Origin: Squalus acanthias
Lineage: Eukaryota
Direction of reading: 5' to 3'
Length of the DNA stretch: 64,000 nt
Assembly: GCA_030390025.1 (NCBI GenBank)
Contig: CM059431.1
Coordinates: 144,400,001 to 144,464,000 of the forward strand
Shown here: positions 1 to 11,000 of the stretch, one piece after another
How the letters are laid out: the number at the start of each line of letters is the position of its first letter
Position numbering within the stretch: the first letter of the stretch is position 1
Notes under the pieces: generated by a model
What the model saw: the letters and a program-made list of their open reading frames with translations, nothing else
What the model was told of the DNA's origin: nothing
Databases searched by the model: none
Made by a program: the position numbers and the translations under genes

Positions 1-548
1 TGTTTGACATGTTACCTCCAGACTCAACTATTCTAATGCTCCCCTGGCCGGCTTCCCACAGTGCACCCTCCATAAATTTGAAGTTATGTGGGCCAATCAT
101 CCCAGTGTTTGCAAACCTAAATTGGCTCCCGGTCCGACAGTGCTTCAATTTTAAATTTCTCATCCTTGTGTTCACATCCCTCCGAAGCCTCGCCCTCAAT
201 TTCGCTGGAACCTCCTCAAGCCCTGCAAACATCCGAGATTTCTGTGCTCCTCCAATTCTGGCCTCTTGCGCATTCCCAGATTTCCATCTCTCCACCATTG
301 GTGGCCGTGCCTTCAGTTACCTAGGGCATAAGCTCTGGAACTTTCTCTATATAACTCTCCGCCTCGCTACCTCATTCTCCTTCTTAAGACGCTCCTGAAA
401 AGCTACCTCTTCGACTAAGCTTTTGGTCACCTGCCCTCTCGCTCCTTATGTGTCTCAGTGTCAAATGTTGTTTCATGAATTATGTAAAGCCGCCTGAGAC
501 GTTTTACTAAGTTAAAGACGCTATATAAATGCAAATTGTTGTTGTTGT
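1..548 (+). mobile_element. L2-type LINE 3' fragment
   Basis: Translates ...LNWLPV..FKFLILVF..IGGRAFSY....LWN; ends in ataaatgcaa..ttgttgttg tail. Related pieces at ~9950-10440, 11920-12130, 23390-23822 and 25220-25790. Confidence 0.75.
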
Positions 549-685
549 CATCTAAGCAACTGCTTCGTCCTGTGTTTTTTAAGTGTCATTGTGATCAACC
601 GAAAGAATTTGCAAGCAAACCAATTCGGTCCATTCATGTGGTTTATGCATAATTGCTGCTTTCGCTGTTTTGCTTCTCTTTTCAG

Positions 686-724
686 ATTAAAATCATATGA
701 AAAAACATAATTACATTCTCTCAG
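686..724 (+). other. Candidate upstream exon of the PYD-MS4A gene (ATG at 697)
   Basis: Strong pyrimidine tract plus CAG at 685, weak donor CAG|GTTGGA. ATG697 reads MKKHNYILS and is in frame with the 1853 acceptor. Confidence 0.35.
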
Positions 725-871
725 GTTGGAGACTCGCTCTCAAGCTTTGGGAGCTTGGCACCGAGATGGGCCTGCTCGAGGAGGGTGCATTTTACCGAGG
801 AATGTGAGCCACCTAGCCCCAAGATCTTGCATGCACATAATTTTTCTTTGCTTAGACTTCCTGCTATGTAG

Positions 872-1110
872 GTGTCAGCCGTGGCTCAGTGGGTAGCGAC
901 TCTCGCCTCCGAATCAGACATCTCGTGTGTTCAAATCCCACCCAAAGACTCGAGCACGAAATGTAGGCCCACACTCGCAGTGCCGGAGCTGAGGGAGTGC
1001 TGCACTTTCGGAGATGTCATTTTTCTGATGAGTTTTTAAATATACTCTCCGTCTATCCTCTGAGGTGGATGTAATTGATCCCAATGTACTATTGGAAGAG
1101 GAAACTGGAG
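872..1110 (+). mobile_element. tRNA-derived SINE (Deu-domain/SacSINE-like)
   Basis: A box TGGCTCAGTGG, B box GTTCAAATCC, core ctgagggagtgctgcact. Confidence 0.75.
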
Positions 1111-1129
1111 AGTGAAATTAGATTGTCTG

Positions 1130-1250
1130 ACCCACCGTGTCCAGAATCAGAGAGAGGAGCCCATTATCCCCTCTGTCTGGGGCTGGTATTGACCCCAGGT
1201 TCCACAGCGTGAAGGATCAGTGTCTGTCCCACTGCCCCACCCAGTCTCCC
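1130..1250 (-). mobile_element. tRNA-derived SINE head fragment
   Basis: Minus strand tggggcagtggg...cttcac..tggaacctggggtcaataccagccc resembles Pol III A and B boxes. Confidence 0.45.
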
Positions 1251-1360
1251 ATCAACGAGCGGAGCCCTTCAGCCCACTGTCTGGTACTTGACTTGACCAC
1301 AGGTCTTAGAGGGTAAACAGTCAGTTTCTGCTCCATCCCAGTCTCGATTAATGTTTGCAG

Positions 1361-1449
1361 ATTTCCATGATAACTGGAAGTTCGCAGCACAACAGAGCCG
1401 AGCGCTGTAACTAAGCACTTCTATTGAAAGGAGTACAAAACTTAAGCAG
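1361..1449 (+). other. Candidate non-coding 5' exon
   Basis: atgtttgcag| ... AAGCAG|GTAATT in non-repeat sequence; contains a stop in the ATG697 frame. Confidence 0.3.
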
Positions 1450-1519
1450 GTAATTACAAGTTTCAACCCTCAGAAACCCTCATATTCTCAGGATAAGTGG
1501 TCGGCCAGTTAGCATTGTG

Positions 1520-1780
1520 ATAAGAATACATTTCTTCACTAAGGGGGTTGTGAATCTTCGGAAATCTCGACACCAAAGGGCTGTGGAGGCTCAGTCGTCG
1601 AATATATTCAAGACTGAGTTCAGTAGATTTTTGAACACTACGATAAACAAGGGATTTCAGGATCTGAAGGGAAGGTGGAATTGAGGTAGACGATCAGCCA
1701 TGATCTTATTGAATGGCGGAGAAGGCTCGAAGGGCCGTATGGCCTACTCCAGCTCTTAATTCTTATGTTCTGATGTTCTT
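1520..1780 (+). mobile_element. CR1 LINE 3' end
   Basis: gatcagccatgatcttattgaatggcgg...ggcctactcc...ttcttatgttct tail. Confidence 0.75.
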
Positions 1781-1866
1781 AAACGCCATTGTATCAGAAA
1801 GCAGAAACACAGTCAGGCAGTATTATACATTCTATTTTTGCATTTGAAATAGATTGTCAGGAGCTC

Positions 1867-2094
1867 ATGGATCAAGCTGTAAAAATTCTGAAGGAACTGT
1901 CAGCCGATGATCTGAAGAATTTCAGACAATTACTGGGAGATAAGGGAATCCCGGCTGGGCAAATCGAGAATGCTGACGCTTGTAAACTGGCAGAGCTGAT
2001 CAAGAAACATTTTCGGACCGACTCAGAGCGTTTGCATGTGATAAAACGTATTCTGGAGGACATTCCACGGATGGATTTGGTGGAAAAGTTGCAG
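1867..2094 (+). CDS. Coding exon 1: pyrin (PYD)-like death-fold domain
   Basis: Acceptor ...catttgaaatag at 1852, ATG at 1867, donor CAG|GTAATT at 2095. The pattern [45 protein letters not shown] fits the PYD consensus (L.eL...lkkFK..L..IP.g.le.Ad..dLa.ll..I...i.r.DL.e.L). The RxDL ending is also DED-like. Confidence 0.85.
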
Positions 2095-5000
2095 GTAATT
2101 CAAATTTTCCTCCTTTGCGATTTTGTCATGGTCACCCCATCACGACAAAGAATTGAGAATTGCAAGGCCTTGGTTTTGGAACTGTCAATCAGTGTAAGAC
2201 GAATTACCCATGAACCCTACCCGAAACACCTGGGCGTCACTCTGGACAGGACTCTCACCTACCGGCCTCATTTCACCAAAACCGGCCAAAAAAGTAAAAT
2301 AAACTGGGTGAACTTAGTCCGGAAACGTGCTGGAACGACATGGGGAGCACAGCCAGTTCACTTCGCACCTCAAGAGTAGGCCTGGTCTACTCTGCTGTCG
2401 AATACTGCTCTGCCTCATGGCCCTGTAGCCACCACACAAAGACCATGGACGTGCAGCTAAACGCTGCCATGAGGATGGTGTCAGGGATGCTCAATTCCAC
2501 TGCAACTGAGTCGCGCCTGGTGCTATCCTACATTGCCCCGCCTGCCAATCGCTGTGACACCTCCATGCTCCGTGAGATTGGCAAAAATGATGAGCAACAT
2601 CGACCTTACAATTCACAAAGACTTGAAAACCCACCACCAATCTTCTTAAAATCACACCGGCCATTCTGGGAAACGGCAGCCAATATTTATCCAGCTTGTA
2701 TCGACCCACCATCCAGATGGACGGAATCATGGGACACATGCAACATTAAGAACAAACGCCTCATCACTCACCCAACAGCAGTGGACCCGAGCTCCGACCT
2801 TCCTCGAAGATAGCGGTCAACCCAATCCGCACAGGACATGGACGATACAGCCACCTGCTCCCCAAGTGGAAGATAAGGGTTGACCAGAAGTGCGACAGTG
2901 GCCATGAGTCCCAGACCATCACACACATCACATCAACCTGTCTATTAAGAATTGTTAAGAAACGCACCTCATTTCCCCACTCGGCACCTCAGGAGGCAGT
3001 CGAATCGATAGCCAAACTAGACAGCCCATTATAAGCAATTCCCGTCATATGAAACAACAACAACTGCAGAGGAATATTACAGGATAAAAATATTGCTCGG
3101 TTGATTTAAAAGCTTTGATCAATAAGGAGTTTTGTGTTTTTTCAAAGATTCTCATTATGTGGGTTTCGCTGGCAAAGCCATCATTTAATGCCCTTGAGAA
3201 GTTAGTGGTGAGCTGCCGCTTGAGCTGCTGCAGTCCCTGTGGTGAAGATACTCCCGCTGTGCCGTTAGGTTGATTTCTATGATTGCGACGCAGCGACGAC
3301 GAAGGAACATCGATATATTGCCAAATCAGGATACCGTCTAAATTGGAGGGGAACTTGCAGGTGATGGTGGTTCGATGCACCTGCTGTCTTGTCCTTCTAG
3401 GTGGTAGAGGTCGCAGATCTGAGAGGTGCTGCTGAATCATTCTTGGCGAGTTACTGCAGTGCATCTTGTAGATGGTACGCACAGCAGCCACAGTACGCCG
3501 GTGGTGGAGGGACTAAATATTTACTTTGGTGGATGGGGTGCCAATCAAGAAGATTCTTATTTTCTGGATGTTATCGAGCTACTTGACTGTTGTTGGAGCT
3601 GCACTTATCCAGGCAACTGGAGAATATTACATCACACTCCTGACTTGTGCCTTGTAGATGGTGGAAAGACTTTGGAGAGTCAGGATGTGAGACACTTGCT
3701 GCAGAATACTTAGCCTCTGAACTGCTCCTGTGTCATTGCATTTATCTGGCTGTTACAATTGAGATGCTGCCCAAGGGTGTTGACGGTAGGGCAATTGGGC
3801 GCTGGAGATTACATTGAATGTCAAGGGGAGTTGGTCAGGCTCTCCATTGTTGGACATTGCCATTGGCCGGCACTTCTGCGATGCCACCGAATCGTTCTTG
3901 GGATGGAGCGATGCTGGCACTGTCAGTATTAGACTCCTATATTCCTCGGAGCAACTTGGGATGGCAATAAATACTGCGCTTCCCGTGTCGCCACACCGCA
4001 AGAGCAAATAAAAACAAGTACCGTGAGCAGTGGTCAGGCATTCCTGGGCTAAGTCATCCATCTTACACACCAGGATGGTTCTCATGAATGACCTTAATAA
4101 ACAAAAACGATTCCCGCCATAGTTAGGGTGGCCCTATTGCGAGAATCCCAGTTTAATTCCTTAGGGCAGGTAGATTAACTGGATATTAAATAGAGGTGTT
4201 CATTATTATGAAGGGTTTTGAAAAGAAAGAAAGGATGTTTTGCCTTTATATAGCGCCTTTCCCGAAGACAGGGCGTCTCAAAGCGCTTTACAGCCAATGA
4301 GGTATTGTTTAGAAGTGTAGTCGCTGTAGTAGTGCAGCGAACGTGACAGCCGATTTGCGCAGAGCAAGCTCTCACAAACTGCAATGGGATAATGATCAGA
4401 TAATCTGTTAATAGTGATGTTCGTTGAGGGATTATGAATGACTCATGCAGTAAACGAGTACTTGCCTGCTCTACTTCGAAATATTACGGTGGGATCTTTT
4501 ACGCCCACCTGAGAGAGCAGATGTGGTCTCGGTTTAACGTCTCAATCAGAAAGACGGCACCTCTGGAGTGAGACTTCAGCCTATGACCTATTAACTCAGA
4601 GGCCAGAGGGCTAACACTCAGCCATTGCGGACTCCTAGCGGAAATAATGACAAACTGTTTCCGTTAGCAGTTGGGCCGATAACCAAAAGGCACAGATTTA
4701 GGTAATTGGTAAAAGAACCAGAGGGGGAGGTGAGGTGATTTTTTTTTACGCAGAGAATTGTTCTGATCTGGAATGTACTGCATGAAAGGGTGGCAGAAGC
4801 ACTTTCATAGAATCATAGAAAGATACAGCACGGAAGGAGGCCATTTCGGCACATCATGTCCGCGCCGGCCAGCAAAGAGTATTCCAGCCTAATCCCACTT
4901 CCCAGCTCTTGGTCCGTAGCCCTGCAGATTAGAGAATCCCAAGTGCACATCCAAGTACATTTTAAATGAGGTTAGGGTTCCTGCCTCTACCACTCTTTCA

Positions 5001-8000
5001 GGCAGTGAGTTCCAGAATCCCACAGCCCTCTGGGTGAAGAAATTTCCCCTCAAATCTCCGCTATACCTTCCACCAATTACTTTAAATCTGTGCCCCCTGG
5101 TTTCTGACCCCTCTGCTAAGGGAAATAAACCCTTTCTATTCACTTTATCGATACCCCTCATAATTTGAGACACCAAAATAAGGTCTCCCCTAAGCCTCCT
5201 CTGTTCCAAGGAAAAGAAACCCAGCCTATCCAGTCATTCTTCTCTACTCCCGGCAACATCCTTGTAAATCTCCTCTGCACCCTCTCTATTGCAATCACAT
5301 ATTCCCTGTAATGTGGTGAACAGAACTGAACGCAGTACCCTAGCTGAGGCCTAACTAGTGTTTTATACAGTTGAATCATAACCCCCCTGCAATTGTACTC
5401 TATGCCACGGATAATACAGGCAAGCATTCCCTATACCTTCTTAACCACCTTATCTACCTGGCTTGCTACCTTCAGGGATCTGTGGACATGCACTCCAAGG
5501 TCCCTTTATTCCTCTACACTACTCAGTGTTTTATCATTTAATGTGTATTCCCTTTCCTTGTTAGCCCTCCCCAAATGCATTAACTCACACTTCTCCGGAT
5601 TGTGTTCCATTTGCCACTGCTCTGCCCACCTGACCAATTTTTTGATATCTTCCTGCTCTCTACAGCTTTCTTCTTCAGTATCAGCCACACAGACGATTTT
5701 ATATCATCTGCAAACTTCTTAATTATACCCCTTATATTCAAGTCTAGATCATTGATATGTACCACAAAAAACAAGGGAACTAGTACTGAGCCCTCTGGAA
5801 CCCCACTGGAAACAGCGTTCCAGTAACAAAAACACCCATCAACCATTACTCTCTGCTTCCTGTCTCCGAGACAGTTTTGAATCCAACTTGACACTTTGCC
5901 CTGGATCCCATAGTCTTTTAACTTCGTGACCAGTCTGCCATGTGGAACCTTATCAAAAGCCTTGCTACAGTCCATATACAATTCATCAAATGCATTATCC
6001 TCATATACCCTCCTTGTTACCTGCTCAAAAATTTCAATCAAGTTTGTCCGACACGAGCTTCCCTTAACAAATCCGTGCTGACTATCCTTGATTAATCTGT
6101 GTCTTTAGAAATGAAGGTTTAGCCTGTCCTTCAGAATTTTTTCCAATAATGTTCCCACCACCGAGGTTAGGCTGACTGACCAGTAATTACTCGGTCTATC
6201 CTTTGCTCCCTTTTTAAACAAGAATATCACTTTAGCATTCCTCCAGTCCTCCGGCACCACACCTGAAGCCAGAGAGGATTGAAAAATGATGGTCAGGGCC
6301 TCTGCTATTTCCTCTTTTGCTTCGCTTAACAGCCTGGGATATGTTTCATCCTGGCCTGGTTATTTATCCACTTTTACAGCTGCTAAACCACTTAATACTT
6401 CCTCTCTCACTATATTTATTTCATCTAATATTTCACATTCCTCCTCCCTGATAGCAGTGTCTGCTTCGCCCCTCTTCTTTGTGAAAACAGACGCAAAGTG
6501 TTCATTAACAACCCCACCAACGTCTCCGCCTCCACGCACAGATTACCCTCATGACCTCTAATATGCCCTACCCTTTCTTTAGTTATCCTCTTACTCTTAA
6601 TATATTTATAAAACATCTTTGGGTTTTCCTTGATTTTACTTGACAAGAATTTTTGCTGCTCTCTCTTTGCTTTCATTATATCATTTTTAATTGCACCCAT
6701 GCACTTTCTGTACTCCTGTAAAGACTTTGGAGTATTTAGCCCTCGGTATCTGTAATACGCCTTCCTTTTTTTCTTTATCCTACACTGTATGTCTCTAAAC
6801 ACCCAGGGGGCTCTCTATTTGTTAGTCCCACCTTTTTTCTTTAAGGGCACATCTTTGCTCTGAACCCTCACTATCTCATCCTTGAATGCCTCCCACTGCT
6901 CTGACACTGATTTACCTTCCAGTAGCTGTTTCCAGTCCACTATGGCTAAATCCCCTCTGAGCTAAGCTTAATTAGCTTTCCCCCTATTACTTTTATTTTA
7001 TTCATGGTCTATCCATGTCCTTTTCCATAACTACCTGAAATCTAACAGAATTATGGTCACTAGCACCAAAATGCTCCCCCACTGACACGCCTTCTACCTG
7101 CCCATCTTCATTCCCTAAAATTAAGTGCAGAACCGCCCCCTCACTTGTTGGGCTTGCTACCTACTGGCTAAAAAAATTCTCCTGGAGGCATTTTAGGAAT
7201 TCCGCACTCTCTATACCCTTCACACTAATTTTATACCTGTTAATATATGGGGTAGTTGCAACCCCTATCTAATACTGCCCTATAGTTTTTGCACTACTCA
7301 GAAATGTGTCTTCATATTTGTTCTTCTATCTCCCTCTCACTGTTTGGGGGTCTGTAGCACACTCGCAGCAGTGTGATCGCCCCTTTTTTGTTTTTCAATT
7401 CGACCCATATGGCCTCGTTTGATGATCCCTCCAACATATCATTCATTCTCACAGATGTGATAGCTTCTTTAATCAATACCGCGAACCCCCCTCCCTTTTT
7501 ACCTCCCTCGCTATCCCGTCTGATAGTTATATTTAGTATTAAATTTCAAAATTGGATTTGGATAAATACATGAAAAGGAATAAAAAAGGCTAGTCTATGG
7601 GGAAAGAGCAGAGGAGTGGGAATATTTGAACAGCTCTTTCAAAGAGCTGGAACGGATACGATGAGTCGAACGACTTCCTTCTGTACTGCATCATTCTTTG
7701 ATTTCACCCCCTATGTTCTTTACTGGTAATTTGTAATGTTTCTTTGAACCATCCATGAAGTGTGGTTTGAGCTATTTTCCTACTGCACCCTATCTCGGTT
7801 GTCGAAGATGCGGCCCTTTCATTCCTTCTGCCTTACTAATCGACACAACCGAAAACGACTTAGCTAAGTTGCAGTTTGGGAGCTAGCAATCATTAGAGGC
7901 GGTGCAAAGAAGGTTCACCAGATTGATTCCTATGATTAGTGGGTTGCCCTACGAGGAGAGATTGAGTCGATTGGGCCTGTACTCTCTGAAGTTTAGAAGA

Positions 8001-11000
8001 GTGAAAGGTGATCTCATTGAAACATATAAGACTCTGCGGGGGATTGACAGGGTAGATGCAGATAGGTTGTTTTCCCTGGCTGAAGAGTCTGGAACTAGGG
8101 GTCATAGTCACAGGATTCGGGGTCGGCCTTTTAAGACTGGAGGAATTTGTTCACTCACATGGATGTGAATCTTTGGAATTCTCTGCTCCAAAAGGATGTG
8201 AATGCATAGTCTTTCAGTTTATTCAAGGCGGAGATCCGTAGATTTTCAGACTCCAGGGGAATCCAGCGATATATGGAGATCGGGCGGGAAAGTGGAATTG
8301 TGGTTAAAGATGAATGAGACTGCAGCGGTTCAAGAGGGTGGCTCACCATCCATGTCTCAAGTGCAACTGGAGATGGGCAATAAATGCTGGCCTTGCCAGC
8401 GACGCCCACATCGCATGAACGAATTAAAAAAATATTTTAATGAATGGCCGCTCAGGCTCGAAGATCCGAATGGACTACTCCTGCTCCTATTTCGTATGAT
8501 CTTATCACTGAGTGGAGAGGGTCAGGTTACAAAGAGCAAACTCACCGTAACATAGCACAAACGGCGAATCCGTTTGTTGCAGTTTCACCCCATCTTTGCC
8601 CTCGCGGGTTTAATTCTGGTAGCACAGAAAACGACCTTAACGAAGCAGTGAGCTGCAAGTCCAAGGGAGTTGAGATAGCGCGAGGGATGCGGTCAGTGAT
8701 CGTGTTTTGGGCCAGTTTATTGTGTTTATGGACTAGGGATGTTAGTTCTGCGGGTCTCTCAGGCACTTAGCTGGCGGACTGAATTAGATTGCACAGAAGG
8801 TGCAAATCCCATGTTTTTTTCTACAAGGACCTGGCAAACCAGCCTTCTCATCAGCAAATGTGTTTTCAACTGGGACATCCTCCGCATTACTTCATGGGGG
8901 TGCATTTTAAATTTGAGCGAGGGTGTACATCGGGCGGTATAGAATTGACCCGATTTCCACGGAGGGGAAAATTGGGCGTGGTGTATAACGGGCGGTAAAT
9001 TCGATATTACGCGTTTTACATCACCGCACAAGGGCAGAATGAGCCCGTCGTGTTCAGGAGGAGGACGTGACTGCGATTGGATCTCCTTTTTCTTTACCAC
9101 TACCGTCAGTCTTTGCATACACTGATCTTATTTGGCGTAGGTCGGAGAATGATGATCTTGGGAACACTGACTGAATCAGTTCTTGATTTGTTTGGCGATC
9201 TGCAGTGCTCCCTCAAGCCTGCAATGGTGTGTTTTTTATTAGCAGTTGTTCGCTAGTTTCGTTGTTATGGAGTTGAATCCGCTTCCCACATAGGTGCATA
9301 ACACAAGCGAAATATTGCGGATACTGGAGATCTGGAATAAAAACAGGAAATGCTGGAAATACTCAGCAGGTCAGGCAGCATCTGTGGAGAGAGAGAGGAA
9401 CAGAGTTAACGATTCATGTTTGCGCACTCTTCGTCAGAGCTGGAAGATGTTAGAGATTTAATAGATTTTAAGCAATACAAAGACAGCGAAATGGGGGCAG
9501 GACAAGGGCAAAGGGAAAAGTCTGTGACAGGGTGGAGGGCCTGAGTGATTATCTGTCAAAAGGAATGAAGACAAAGAAGGTGTTGATGCAGCAAGAAAAT
9601 AAACAACAGCTGGGTCTAGAGGGGGTGTAGATGTTTACAGCAGAATAGCAAAGGGAGCGGGAAGGATCGACTATGATCATCTCTCACATCTACCAGGTCT
9701 GACGAAACGTCATCGACATGAAATATTAACTCTGATTCTCTCTACATATATGCTGAGTATTTCCAGCATTTCCTCTACGTAGGCAATGAGTTCGCAAACC
9801 CATCATGCCAATTTGTGCTTTTGAATTTATTAAGAAAAATCAAAATAGACTGGTATATCAGCAAGGACCTAGGCACCACTTCATAACCAAGTGTTTGATA
9901 ATCTCAGCCGTGCTGACTCTGCAATATCCTGCTCAGCAATGCCTGGGGACTCCAACCTATAACCGTTCCGCCAATTCTGGAACCTTGTACATCCCCCAAT
10001 CCCTTTCCCCCACCATTGGCGGCCGTGCCTTCAGCTGCCTAGTCCTTAGTATCTGAAATTCCCACTCTACACCTCGCCGTCTCTTTCCTTCTCTCTCCTC
10101 CTTTAAGACACTCCTTAAAACCTTATGGCCGAGACATTCGTATCGGGCGGTGGCGAGAAACGGGCGGTATCGGATCAGCCGCACGTTCTACGCAGCGCCT
10201 GATATTCAGTTCCGTTGACTGCAATAGAACTGCATATCTGGCGCTGCGTACAATGGGCGGTCGATCCGATACCGCCCGCTATGCGCCACCGCCCCAGACG
10301 AATTTCTAGCCAATGTTCTTGATCAGTGTTTCTAATGGCTGCTTCTTTATCACCGCGTTATTTCTGTCTGATTACACCTCTGTGAACCCTATTGTGACGT
10401 TTCTCCTACGTTTAAGAAGCGATATAAATGCAAGTTACATCTGCTCGAAGTTGGAAGAGCCTCACATGAGTCAAGTAACAGCCTGACGTAATCCTGCTCA
10501 GAGACCCATCATCCTAAATTCCATCCCACCGCAGGATAGAACTCCCAGAGGAAGAGAAACAATGGATTACAGTCTGGGAGTCTCAATATTGAATCGAAAC
10601 CCTTCACAAGTGTTTGTGAAGACACGTGCAATCCCACTGGCTTAGTACTGAGCTTCGCTGATGTCCTTATCTTTGCAGGGCAATGATGCACCTGATGGTC
10701 AGAAGAAGAAATCAGCAGAAGAATGTACCCTTATGTCACCAACCTGTCCAGAATTGATTGCTCCTCAGCAACGGGAGTCGGTAGAGATGCAGCCAACCGC
10801 GTCTGCAGGTGAGTACTCAAAGATTGTGCTGAATCTTCCTGCACCAGATATTTCTCGCATTCAGTAAGCTTTCATTCCCGAGTACACACGCAGCCAAGGT
10901 GCGCCATTGATGGAGAGAGCGGATGTTTACCATGGTGGAGGGGCTGCCGATCAAGCGAATTACTTTGACGTGGATGGCGTCAAGCGTCTTGCGTGTAGTT

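Noticed and set aside
872..960. tRNA gene
   Set aside because: A and B boxes continue into a SINE body and I see no full cloverleaf. The same applies to 51225-51300.
1789..2379. 196-aa ORF as a single-exon protein
   Set aside because: It is a chimera of intron sequence, the PYD exon and Vingi sequence, with splice sites at 1852 and 2095.
8583..8647. Possible extra hydrophobic exon ([21 protein letters not shown]) in intron 1
   Set aside because: 65 nt would shift the frame of the downstream exons, and there is no supporting partner exon.
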